Of a stretch of DNA of 64,000 nt, positions 28,484-37,112 are shown in pieces; position 1 is the stretch's first letter, and each line of letters opens with the position of its first letter. The notes beneath the pieces were generated by a model, which was given only the letters and a program-made list of their open reading frames with translations, was not told the origin of the DNA and did no database searches. Source of the DNA: an uncultured Solirubrobacterales bacterium (GTDB lineage: Bacteria; Actinomycetota; Thermoleophilia; Solirubrobacterales; Solirubrobacteraceae); NCBI GenBank assembly GCA_963720665.1, contig CAVRGI010000014.1:38643-102642 (forward strand), in the 5' to 3' direction. Position numbers and translations under genes: made by a program.

Positions 28484-28951
28484 CTAGCCGTAGGCGAGCT
28501 CGCGCCGCAGCGAGACCATGCACAGCACCGCTTCGGCCGCCCGGCGCCCCTGGTCGCGCTTGCCCCCGCCGGCCCGCGCGAGCGCCTGCTCCATCGTCGC
28601 GCAGGTCAGCACGCCGAACGCACAGGGCACGCCCGTCTGTAGTTGCACCTGCATGATCCCCCTCGCGGCCTGCGCGCAGACGTAGTCGTAGTGGTCGGTC
28701 TCTCCCCTGATCACCGCGCCGAGGCAGGCGACGCCCGCGAAGCGCCCGGACTCAGCCGCGTACTTCGCCGCCAGCGGCAGCTCATACGCGCCTGGCACGT
28801 CGAAGATCTGGACGTCCGCGTGCCCGGCCTGCATGAACGCCTCGCGCGCGCCCGCCTCCAGGCGCTCGGCCAGATCTTCGTAGAAGCGCCCGACCGCGAT
28901 CGCGAAGCCCCCCGCGGACGCCGCCGCGTGCTCGGGCCCCGCGGCCCTCAC
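28484..28951 (-). CDS. ribH: 6,7-dimethyl-8-ribityllumazine synthase
   Basis: A GTG at 28951 overlaps the ribBA TGA (GTGA). It encodes 155 aa with FDVPGAYELP and LGAVIRGETDHYDYV. Confidence 0.9.
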   Translation of the reverse strand: MRAAGPEHAAASAGGFAIAVGRFYEDLAERLEAGAREAFMQAGHADVQIFDVPGAYELPLAAKYAAESGRFAGVACLGAVIRGETDHYDYVCAQAARGIMQVQLQTGVPCAFGVLTCATMEQALARAGGGKRDQGRRAAEAVLCMVSLRRELAYG

Positions 28952-30270
28952 TTCTGGCGCCGTTTCTCGCTGCTGTCTCGCTCGCGCTCGGAGTGCAGCA
29001 GCTCGGCGTCGAGGTTCAGCCCCTGGTGATGCAGGATGTGGCCCATCCGCCGGGCCTTCGTGCGCAGGTAGGACTCGTTGTGTTCGTTGGGCGCGGGCTC
29101 GATCGGGATCTGCGCGCTGACCGACAGCCCATATCCCTCGAGTCCCTTGATCTTCTTCGGGTTGTTCGTGAGGATCCGGATCGAACTGAGCCCCAGATCG
29201 CCGAGGATCTGCGCGCCGATCCCGTAGTCGCGCAGGTCGGCCGGCAGACCGAGGCGCTCGTTCGCCTCGACCGTGTCGAGGCCCTCCTCCTGCAGGCGGT
29301 AGGCGCGCAGCTTGTTCAGCAGCCCGATCCCCCGCCCCTCCTGGGAGAGGTACAGCAGAACTCCCTGGCCCTCGCGCTCGATCATCGCGAGCGCCGCGGC
29401 CAGCTGCTCGCCGCAGTCGCAGCGCAGCGAGTGAAAGACGTCGCCGGTGAGGCACTCCGAGTGCACGCGCACGAGCACGTCCTGCGCGCCCGCCACCTCG
29501 CCCTTGACCAGCGCGACGTGGTGCTTGTCGTCGACCCGCGAGCGGTAACCGACCGCCTCGAACTCGCCGAACGCCGTCGGCAGCTGGGTCCTGACGACCC
29601 GCTCGATCAGCCGATCGTTGCGCCGGCGGTAGGCGATCAGCTCCGCGATCGTGACCATCTTCAGCGCGTGGCGCGCGCAGTAGCCGGTGAGGTCGCCGAC
29701 CCGCGCCATCGACCCGTCCTCGTTCATCACCTCGCAGATCACCCCAGCCGGAATCAGTCCGGCGAGCCGCGCCAGGTCGACGCTCGCCTCGGTGTGTCCC
29801 GTGCGCTCCAGCACGCCACCGCGCTTGGCCTTCAACGGGCTCACGTGCCCGGGCTGCACGAGATCGCCGGGCGCGGTCTTCGGATCGATCGCGACCTGCA
29901 TCGTGTGCGCCCGATCGTGCGCGCTCACGCCGGTCGTGATGCCGTCGCGCGCCTCGATCGTCACCGTGAACGGCGTCTGCAGCGCTGACTCGTTCTTGGC
30001 CGTCATCAACTCCAGCCCGAGCTCCTCGCAGCGTTCCGGGGTCAGCGCCAGGCAGATCCAGCCGCGGCCCTCCTTGGCCATGAAGTTGATCGCCTCCGGC
30101 GTGACGAACTGCGCCGCCATCACCAGGTCGCCCTCGTTCTCGCGATCCTCGTCGTCGCAGACGACGATCATCTTGCCCTGCCTGATCTCCTCGATCGCCT
30201 CCTCGATCGTCGCGAACGGCGACGCGGGCTCCTCGGCGCGCTCGGCGGTGGTTGTCTTGGGTCGGTTCAT
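28948..30270 (-). CDS. ribBA: Bifunctional 3,4-dihydroxy-2-butanone-4-phosphate synthase / GTP cyclohydrolase II
   Basis: 440 aa with DDEDRENEGDL (DHBPS) and VRVHSECLTGDVFHSLRCDCG (GCH II). Confidence 0.95.
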   Translation of the reverse strand: MNRPKTTTAERAEEPASPFATIEEAIEEIRQGKMIVVCDDEDRENEGDLVMAAQFVTPEAINFMAKEGRGWICLALTPERCEELGLELMTAKNESALQTPFTVTIEARDGITTGVSAHDRAHTMQVAIDPKTAPGDLVQPGHVSPLKAKRGGVLERTGHTEASVDLARLAGLIPAGVICEVMNEDGSMARVGDLTGYCARHALKMVTIAELIAYRRRNDRLIERVVRTQLPTAFGEFEAVGYRSRVDDKHHVALVKGEVAGAQDVLVRVHSECLTGDVFHSLRCDCGEQLAAALAMIEREGQGVLLYLSQEGRGIGLLNKLRAYRLQEEGLDTVEANERLGLPADLRDYGIGAQILGDLGLSSIRILTNNPKKIKGLEGYGLSVSAQIPIEPAPNEHNESYLRTKARRMGHILHHQGLNLDAELLHSERERDSSEKRRQK

Positions 30271-30863
30271 GCGCGGGCCTCCAGTAGTCGCTCGACGTGC
30301 TTGGCCAGCACGTCAACCTCCAGGTTGACCCGCTCCCCGACAGTCATTTCTCCCAAGTTGGTGCGCTGCTGGGTCTCCGGAATCAGCGCCACCTCAAAGC
30401 CATCCTCGGCGAGCGCGCTGACGGTCAGGCTGACGCCGTCAACCGCGATCGAGCCCTTCTCCACGAGGTAGCGTTTCAACTCCGGTTGGGTGGCGATCGA
30501 CAGCACGCGCGCGGAGCCCTCCTCGCGAACCGCGTGGACGGTGCCGGTGCCGTCGATGTGGCCCTGGACGACGTGCCCGCCGAGCCGGCCGTCGACGCGC
30601 AGCGCCAGCTCCAGGTTCACGTCCGCGCCGAGCTCGAGGTCGCCGAGCGCCGTGCGGCGCAAGGTCTCGCCGATCGCCTCGGCGCGAAAGCGCCCCTCGT
30701 GGACATCGGTCGCGGTCAGGCAGACCCCGTTGATCGCGATCGACTCGCCGGGGCGCAGATCGCTCGCCAGGCGTGTCGCGATCTCAAGCGTCGCGCCCGC
30801 GCCGTTTCGCCGCAGCGCGACGACATTGCCGCGGTCGGAGATCAAGCCCGTGAACACGCTCAC
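30267..30863 (-). CDS. ribE: Riboflavin synthase alpha chain
   Basis: A GTG at 30863 overlaps the ribD TGA, giving VSVFTGLISDRG... The internal duplicated barrel motifs (INGVCLT, VDGVSLT) are present. Confidence 0.9.
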   Translation of the reverse strand: MSVFTGLISDRGNVVALRRNGAGATLEIATRLASDLRPGESIAINGVCLTATDVHEGRFRAEAIGETLRRTALGDLELGADVNLELALRVDGRLGGHVVQGHIDGTGTVHAVREEGSARVLSIATQPELKRYLVEKGSIAVDGVSLTVSALAEDGFEVALIPETQQRTNLGEMTVGERVNLEVDVLAKHVERLLEARA

Positions 30864-31996
30864 CACTCGCGCAGGCGAGCGCTGATCAGCAGATCCTCGC
30901 CGACCCGCTCGCAGTCGAAGGTCAATGCCCGCAGCGCCTCGGAGATCTGCGCGACGCCCTCGCCCTCGAGCGGGTCGCGCGCGGCACTGCCGCCGAGCAG
31001 CAACGGCGCGAGGAACAGCCGCACCTCGTCGATCTCGCCCGCATCGAGGAACGCTCCCGCCAGATGTGGGCCGCCCTCGAGCAGCGCCGAGCTCACGCCG
31101 AGCGCGCCCAGCTGCTCGAGACCGGAGCGCACCCGCGCCGGCTCGTTCTCGCCGGTCGCAACGAGCACCTGCACGCCGGCCGCTTCCAGCGCGTCGGTGT
31201 CCGCGCGTGCGGCCGCGCGCGAGACCACGACCGTCAACGGGATCTCCTGCGCGGCGGCGACGAGCTGCGAGCCGGGCGAGAGCCGCCCGAGCGAGTCGAA
31301 CACGACACGCCGGGGCTGCTCCTCGATCTCGTCCGTGAGGCCTTCGGGACGCGCAGTCAGCCGCGGATCGTCCGCGAGCGCCGTGCCGATCCCGACGACG
31401 ACCGCGTCGACCGACGCCCGCCAGCGGTGGGCGAGCTCGCGGCTGACCTCGCCGCTGATCCATTGCGAGTCACCGGTCCTGGTGGCGACCTTGCCGTCGA
31501 GCGTCATCGCCGACTTGAACAGCACCCACGGGCGCCCGACGCGGGCGTGCTTGCGAAACGCCTGGTTGAGCAGCCGCGCGGTCACCGCCAGCTCCCCGTC
31601 GGCCAGCACCACCTCGATGCCCTCGTCGCGGAGGATCCCCAGACCGCGGCCGGACGCCTTCTCGGTCGGGTCATCCGAGCCGACGACCACGCGCCTGATG
31701 CCGGCCTGCACGATCGCCTCGGTGCACGGCGGCGTCTTGCCCTCGTGACAGCAGGGCTCGAGCGAGACGTACAGCGTCGCGTCGCTGAGATCGGCCATCC
31801 CGCAGGCCTCGATCGCGTTGACCTCGGCGTGCGCAGCGCCGAACCGTTCGTGCCACCCTTCGCCGACCACCTCGTCCCGGCGCGCAACCACGGCGCCGAC
31901 CGCGGGATTCGGCTTGACCTTGCCCACGCCTTTGCGCGCCAGCTCGATCGCGCGCTGCAGATGCGGCTCGTCGGTGTCCGTGTAGATCGGCATCAC
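30860..31996 (-). CDS. ribD: Bifunctional riboflavin biosynthesis deaminase/reductase
   Basis: 378 aa with the HAEVNA and LEPCCHEGKTPPC deaminase zinc motifs and a reductase C-terminal half. Confidence 0.9.
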   Translation of the reverse strand: MMPIYTDTDEPHLQRAIELARKGVGKVKPNPAVGAVVARRDEVVGEGWHERFGAAHAEVNAIEACGMADLSDATLYVSLEPCCHEGKTPPCTEAIVQAGIRRVVVGSDDPTEKASGRGLGILRDEGIEVVLADGELAVTARLLNQAFRKHARVGRPWVLFKSAMTLDGKVATRTGDSQWISGEVSRELAHRWRASVDAVVVGIGTALADDPRLTARPEGLTDEIEEQPRRVVFDSLGRLSPGSQLVAAAQEIPLTVVVSRAAARADTDALEAAGVQVLVATGENEPARVRSGLEQLGALGVSSALLEGGPHLAGAFLDAGEIDEVRLFLAPLLLGGSAARDPLEGEGVAQISEALRALTFDCERVGEDLLISARLREW

Positions 31997-32029
31997 CGCA
32001 TCCAGGATAACTTGGCGCCGACGCGCGGC

Positions 32030-33856
32030 TCAGGCGCAGCGACCGCCGTGCAACCGGTAGACGGTCATCTCGGGCCCCGGCCGGCTGTACGCAAGCGGGT
32101 AGTAGTCGAAGCTCCAATCGAAGCCGAACGCGACCGGACCGCGCCCGCGCGCGTACGGCGATGCCCGGTAGACCACTTCGCCGCGCCGGGCCAGCGCGCG
32201 GTAATAAGCGATCGCGAGCGGCACCGCGGCAGGATTGGCGGAGGCCCGTCCGGACTCGGTCGAGCCGCTCACCACCCAGCAGTAGGAGTTGGCCTCGTAG
32301 TAGTCGATCAGCGCCGGGGCGAGCGTGCGCTCGTAGTCCTCGATCCCGACGACCTTCGTCGCGTGCGCCTGCAGGGCGCCGGCGGCGGAGATCCGCGAGC
32401 GCAGCGAGACGTACTTGCGCCAGCGATCGCCGCCCCCCGCGCCTTCGCGCAGCCACGCTTCGGGCGCGACCGGCTCGAGCACGATCTTCGCGCCGGCCGG
32501 CACGTGCGCCCCCAGCCAGGCGCGCGTCAGGTTGCGCGTGTCCGCGCGCGAGAGCACCACGCCCGTGTGCACGCTGTAGACGATCCCCTGTGCCAGCAGA
32601 GCTGCTGCCAGCAGCGCCGAGATGGCTCGGCGAAGGCGTGGCGCCCGGCGCGCCAGCACATCGGCGAGCTGGGAGACGAAGAGCGCCGCGAGCAGGCACA
32701 GCAACGGGAAGACAGGCAACAGCCAGCGTCCGAAGTAGCGGCCCTGCAGGCCCATGAACGCGAGGTACAGCACGACCGCCGGGACGAGAACCCAGCCGAG
32801 CGCGGTCTCCTTGCGCCAGACGCTGAGCGCGCCGCCCAGCGCGGCCAGCGCCGGCAGCCAGCCGAGCCCCCAGGTGAGTGTCCACAGGTAGTAGACGAGC
32901 CCGGCCTGATGGGGCGCGCCGAGCTTGCCCTGCGCTTCGGCCGAGAGCGAGGACTGGTGGACGAGTTCGCGCTGGAAGTCGTGGTAGTCGAGGATCGCGT
33001 AGGGGTTCGCGAGCAGGAAGGTCGCGAGCGCGGCGAGTCCCGCCAGCGCCACGTACCCGAGCATGCGGCGCGCGAGCGCGTCGTGCTCGGCCCGCGCCTG
33101 GCCCACCGCAACGGCCGCCAGATAGGGCACGAGCACGATCCCCGCGGTGTACTTGCTCGCGCACGCGAGCCCGAGGCCTGCGCCGGCGAGCAGGTGATCG
33201 CGTGCGCGGCCTTTGCGCAGGACGCCTGCGGTCCCGAGCAGCGACAGCGTCAGCGGCGCCAGGGTCGGCACGTCGTTGAGCGCCAGGTGCGCGTAGAACA
33301 CGGGCAGGAACGCGACGGCCTCGAGTGCGGCGGCGAGCAGGCCGGCGCCGCGAGACAGCAGGCGCGCGCCCGTCGCATACAGCAGCCACAGCGCGGCGAC
33401 GCCGAGCACCGCCGCCGTGACCCGCGCCAGCGTGTACACCTCGCGGGGATCGGCGTTGAGCGCGTGCAGCGTGCCCTTGCCGCCGCCGTACCAGACCGCG
33501 AACAGGAAGTGCAGCAGATAGGTGAACGCGGGCGGGTTGGCGAAGTAGTGCGGGTTCAGGCCGCTTTCGAACATCTTCACCGCGCGCGGGACGAAGTGGT
33601 CAGCCTCGTCGGCGTTGTACACGTAAGGGAGCCCCTGCCCGACGCCCCACAGGCGCAGCGCCAGTCCCCCGCCGAGCACGAGCGCCAGCCCTCCCCACGC
33701 CCATGTGCGAGACCGTTCAGCAGTTCGCAAAGACCGCGCAATCGTGGTTGGTGTAGATGCGCCGGTAGCCGGTTCAGCAGTTGGCATACACCGCGTAGTA
33801 GTGGCTGGTGTAGATGCGCCTGTAGCCGGCCTGGGGGATCTGGTCGCGCGGGTCAT
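32030..33856 (-). CDS. GT-C fold membrane glycosyltransferase (ArnT/PMT, GT39-like)
   Basis: A protein of up to 608 aa with many TM helices. The N-terminal LRLWGVGQGLPYVYNADEADH loop is typical of the ArnT/PMT_2 family. The start is uncertain: the ATG at 33787 and TTG at 33730 are candidates, because the 5' end lies in a duplicated segment. Confidence 0.75.
   Translation of the reverse strand: MTRATRSPRPATGASTPATTTRCMPTAEPATGASTPTTIARSLRTAERSRTWAWGGLALVLGGGLALRLWGVGQGLPYVYNADEADHFVPRAVKMFESGLNPHYFANPPAFTYLLHFLFAVWYGGGKGTLHALNADPREVYTLARVTAAVLGVAALWLLYATGARLLSRGAGLLAAALEAVAFLPVFYAHLALNDVPTLAPLTLSLLGTAGVLRKGRARDHLLAGAGLGLACASKYTAGIVLVPYLAAVAVGQARAEHDALARRMLGYVALAGLAALATFLLANPYAILDYHDFQRELVHQSSLSAEAQGKLGAPHQAGLVYYLWTLTWGLGWLPALAALGGALSVWRKETALGWVLVPAVVLYLAFMGLQGRYFGRWLLPVFPLLCLLAALFVSQLADVLARRAPRLRRAISALLAAALLAQGIVYSVHTGVVLSRADTRNLTRAWLGAHVPAGAKIVLEPVAPEAWLREGAGGGDRWRKYVSLRSRISAAGALQAHATKVVGIEDYERTLAPALIDYYEANSYCWVVSGSTESGRASANPAAVPLAIAYYRALARRGEVVYRASPYARGRGPVAFGFDWSFDYYPLAYSRPGPEMTVYRLHGGRCA
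33716..33829 (-). repeat. Two tandem 57-bp copies (49/57 identical) of the 3' end of gene 33774..35318
   Basis: Copy B (33773-33829) encodes ...GYRRIYTSHYYAVYANC-stop. Copy A (33716-33772) would encode TGYRRIYTNHDCAVFANC-stop in the same phase. Confidence 0.85.
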
Positions 33857-35318
33857 CGCCGGGGTCGACGATCGCCTCGAAGAAGACCGCGCTGCCGAGC
33901 GGGTAGACGGCGACGCTGCCCCTCCGCAAGCGCTGTTCGAGCGCGTCGTCGCCCGCTTCCAGGTTCGCGCGCGCCTGGCTGCGCGCGACGATATTCCGCT
34001 GGCCGACGCTGTCGAGGATCCAGCGCGCGTCGGGGATCAGCTTGTTGTCGGGCAGCGAGACCAGCGGGCAGCGCTTCAGCGCCGCCTTCACTCGCGGGTT
34101 GCCGAGCGCCGCCACCAGGCCCTCGTGGAAGTCCTCGTGGTAGGCCAGCGTCGTGCGCAGGCTCGTCAGGCTGAACCTGGAGGCGGCCGACGCGCCGCCG
34201 TACACGACCAGCGCGGCGGCGGCGACCATCCACGCCTGCCGCCACCGGGAGCCGGGCTCGAGCATCGCCCAGCCCCCGATCGTGACCGCGCAGAACAGCA
34301 AGAGCACTGTTGCCGCGCCCATCAGGTAGCGGTCGATTACCGACGCCCCGGCCGCCCCCTCGGCGAGGTACACGCCGACCAGCACGGCCAGCGCCGCGAG
34401 CGGCGTGAGCGCCCGGCGCGGCGCGAGCCAAATCGCCAGCGGCACGCCCGCGAGACCCGCGAGCAGCACCGGCGTCTTGTCGATCCGCACTCCGTAGCTC
34501 CACAGCGAGGCGGCGACGCTGGTCAGCCCCTGGGTTCGTTCCAGTTCCTGGGCGAGGACGGCCGTCGAGTGCAGCGAATACAGCGGATCGCCGGTCACGA
34601 TCGTGTCCACGCACACCCAGACGACCGGCCCGATCAGCGCGAGCGCGAGGTAGCGGATGCGTCTGCCCGGCGCCGGCGCGGGCGCGCCTTGCGACCGCCG
34701 CCGCGGCCAGCAACACCACAGCCAGTACACGCCGCTCAGCACCCAGGCGTCCGGGCGCACCAGGCCGGCCGCAGCGAGCAGCAAAAAGACGGCGGCGCCC
34801 CGCCGCGGTTTCGCCACCTCGAGCGCGATCGCCCAGACGATCAGAGCCACGTAGGAGATGTCGAGGTAGCCCTGCGCCGCGAGGTTCTCGACGAAGAAGC
34901 GAGTCAGCACGAGTAGCGCGGCGAACAGCCCGACGATCGGCCCAAAGCACAGCCGCCCCAGCCGGTACATGCCTGCGACGAGCGCCACGAACGAGGCGAT
35001 CGATCCGAGCACCATCACGCGCGCGCCGCCCTGGCCGAAGATCGAGGACAGCGCCCCGAACGCGATCGCGAGCGGATGCTCGGTCGGCGCGCGGTACACG
35101 CGAAAGTCGGGCACGTTTAGGTGCAGCACGTCGCGGCCCCACAGCAGCGCGTAGAACGAGTCGTACGTCGGGTAGGTCGGGTAGAGCAGATAGCCGGCCA
35201 GCGCGCCTGCGCACATCAGCGCGAAGCCGACAATCGCCCACGTCGAGGCTCGCACGGCACGCAGCCGCTGGAGCGGCGTGGGACCCGGCCGCGGCTTTGA
35301 GATCGTAGCGCTGGCCAT
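33774..35318 (-). CDS. Polytopic membrane protein, probable GT-C glycosyltransferase
   Basis: 514 aa with at least 10 hydrophobic helices and a soluble C-terminal domain. It lies next to the GT39-like gene and diverges from a GT2 gene. The family call is tentative. Confidence 0.6.
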   Translation of the reverse strand: MASATISKPRPGPTPLQRLRAVRASTWAIVGFALMCAGALAGYLLYPTYPTYDSFYALLWGRDVLHLNVPDFRVYRAPTEHPLAIAFGALSSIFGQGGARVMVLGSIASFVALVAGMYRLGRLCFGPIVGLFAALLVLTRFFVENLAAQGYLDISYVALIVWAIALEVAKPRRGAAVFLLLAAAGLVRPDAWVLSGVYWLWCCWPRRRSQGAPAPAPGRRIRYLALALIGPVVWVCVDTIVTGDPLYSLHSTAVLAQELERTQGLTSVAASLWSYGVRIDKTPVLLAGLAGVPLAIWLAPRRALTPLAALAVLVGVYLAEGAAGASVIDRYLMGAATVLLLFCAVTIGGWAMLEPGSRWRQAWMVAAAALVVYGGASAASRFSLTSLRTTLAYHEDFHEGLVAALGNPRVKAALKRCPLVSLPDNKLIPDARWILDSVGQRNIVARSQARANLEAGDDALEQRLRRGSVAVYPLGSAVFFEAIVDPGDDPRDQIPQAGYRRIYTSHYYAVYANC

Positions 35319-35388
35319 GGGCCGTAGAGCCTATCCCCGCAACGGCCTGACCCTGGACAGACCTCCCCACGGGGTACGCTTCGTCGGG

Positions 35389-36486
35389 GTGAAGCTCATC
35401 ATCCAAATCCCCTGCTTCAACGAGGCGGAGCAGCTTCCGCAGACGCTCGCGGACCTGCCGCGCGAACTGGACGGCTTCGACGCCGTCGAATGGCTGGTGA
35501 TCGACGACGGCTCGACCGACGCGACGGTCGCGGTCGCGCGTGCGCATGGCGTCGACCATCTCGTGCGCCTGACCAGCAACAAGGGGCTGGCGACCGGCTT
35601 TCAGGCGGGGATCGACACGGCGTTGAAGCTCGGGGCGGACGTGATCGTCAACACCGACGCCGACAACCAGTACTATGGGCCCGACATCGCCCAGCTCGTG
35701 CGCCCGATCCTTGAGGGACGCGCAGACATGGTCATCGGCGATCGCGAGGTCGGCGGCATCGCGCACTTCTCGCCGCTAAAGAAGCTGCTGCAGCGTCTCG
35801 GCTCGTGGGTCGTGCGCCAGGCGTCCTCGACCTCCGTGCCGGACACGACCTCGGGCTTTCGCGCGTATAACCGCGAGGCGGCGATTCAAATGCTGGTCGT
35901 CTCGCGGTTCACCTATACGCTCGAGACGATCATCCAGGCGGGCAAGCTGCTGGTCGCGATCGACCATGTGCCCGTGCGAACCAACCCGCAGACGCGGGAG
36001 TCGCGCCTGTTCCCGTCGATGGGCGCCTACGTGCGCCGCAACGCGGTCTCGATCTTCCGCGTCTACGCCCAATATGAGCCGTTGCGCGTGTTCTGGAGCC
36101 TGGCGGCGCTGATCGGCCTGGTCGCGCTCGGCGTCTGGATTCGCTTTGCCGTCGCATATCTCGAAGGCAGCGGCAAGGGCCATGTGCAGTCGCTGATCCT
36201 GGGCGCGGTGCTGTTCATCGCGGCGGTCGTCCTCTGGGCGCTGGGGGTGATCGGGGATTTGCTCGCGGCCCAGCGCGTGATGACCCAGAGGGCATTTGAG
36301 CGAGTGCGCCGCATCGAGCTGGAGCTGGGCGTTGCGCCGTCGCACTACGAACCCGGGGAGGCCGCCGAGGCGGAGCGCGCCGCCGGGGCGCAGCGGCCCG
36401 CCGGGGCGGGGGCGGCGACCCAGCGCGCCGCCGCGGGGCCTGCGCGCGCAGACCCGGCGCAGGAGCGCGAGGCGGTACGGCTGTGA
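35389..36486 (+). CDS. GT2 polyprenyl-phosphate sugar synthase-like glycosyltransferase (DPM1/GtrB/ArnC type)
   Basis: From the GTG at 35389: VKLIIQIPCFNE...VIDDGSTD...NTDADNQY, plus two C-terminal TM helices. The ORF track begins at 35278. Confidence 0.85.
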   Translation: MKLIIQIPCFNEAEQLPQTLADLPRELDGFDAVEWLVIDDGSTDATVAVARAHGVDHLVRLTSNKGLATGFQAGIDTALKLGADVIVNTDADNQYYGPDIAQLVRPILEGRADMVIGDREVGGIAHFSPLKKLLQRLGSWVVRQASSTSVPDTTSGFRAYNREAAIQMLVVSRFTYTLETIIQAGKLLVAIDHVPVRTNPQTRESRLFPSMGAYVRRNAVSIFRVYAQYEPLRVFWSLAALIGLVALGVWIRFAVAYLEGSGKGHVQSLILGAVLFIAAVVLWALGVIGDLLAAQRVMTQRAFERVRRIELELGVAPSHYEPGEAAEAERAAGAQRPAGAGAATQRAAAGPARADPAQEREAVRL

Positions 36487-37112
36487 GCGCCGGCGTGACC
36501 CTCTCCGAGGACGGGATCGTCACCGGCAACACCTACGACAAGTACGGCTCGAGCAATCCGCTGGTGAAGCGCATGATGGCGAGCTTCGAGGGCGCGCTCG
36601 ACGAGCTGCTCGCGCAGGCCGCGCCGACGTCGCTGCTCGACGTCGGCTGTGGCGAGGGCGTGCTCGTGCACCGTTGGGCGCGGGCGCTGGGCGACGGTTG
36701 CCGCGTCGTCGGCATCGATCTCGAAGAGGAGTCGATTCAGGCGGGCTGGTCGCAGCGGCGAGCGCCGAATCTCGAGTACCGCGTGATGCGCGCGGAGAAC
36801 CTCCCCTTCGGCGAGCGCGAGTTTGAGCTGGCGAGTGCGATCGAGGTGCTCGAGCACGTTCCCGATCCCGAACAGACTCTGGCTGAGATGGCGCGCTGCG
36901 CGCGCGGCGGTCTGCTGGTCTCGGTGCCGCGCGAGCCGCTGTGGCGGATGATGAACATGGCGCGCGGCGCCTACTGGCGCGCGCTCGGCAACACGCCGGG
37001 TCATCTCAACCACTGGTCCAAGCAGGGGTTTGTGCGGCTGCTCTCGCGCTACGGGAGCGTGGTCGAGGTCCGCTCGCCGTTCCCGTGGACGATGCTGCTT
37101 GTCCGGCTCTAG
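36483..37112 (+). CDS. Class I SAM-dependent methyltransferase
   Basis: 209 aa with the LLDVGCGEGVL motif I. It has a 4-nt overlap with the GT2 stop. Confidence 0.8.
   Translation: MSAGVTLSEDGIVTGNTYDKYGSSNPLVKRMMASFEGALDELLAQAAPTSLLDVGCGEGVLVHRWARALGDGCRVVGIDLEEESIQAGWSQRRAPNLEYRVMRAENLPFGEREFELASAIEVLEHVPDPEQTLAEMARCARGGLLVSVPREPLWRMMNMARGAYWRALGNTPGHLNHWSKQGFVRLLSRYGSVVEVRSPFPWTMLLVRL

Noticed and set aside
31064-34174. Very long ORFs with Arg/Ala/Pro/Gly-rich translations. They lie antisense to, or out of frame with, recognisable genes. Examples are 31064..34174 (+), 12938..15613 (+), 11229..13202 (-), 6943..8130 (-), 33853..35766 (-) and 48218..49921 (-).
   Set aside because: These are typical open-frame artefacts of very GC-rich DNA. 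Their translations have no motifs and extreme composition, and each overlaps a gene with clear family signatures in another frame.
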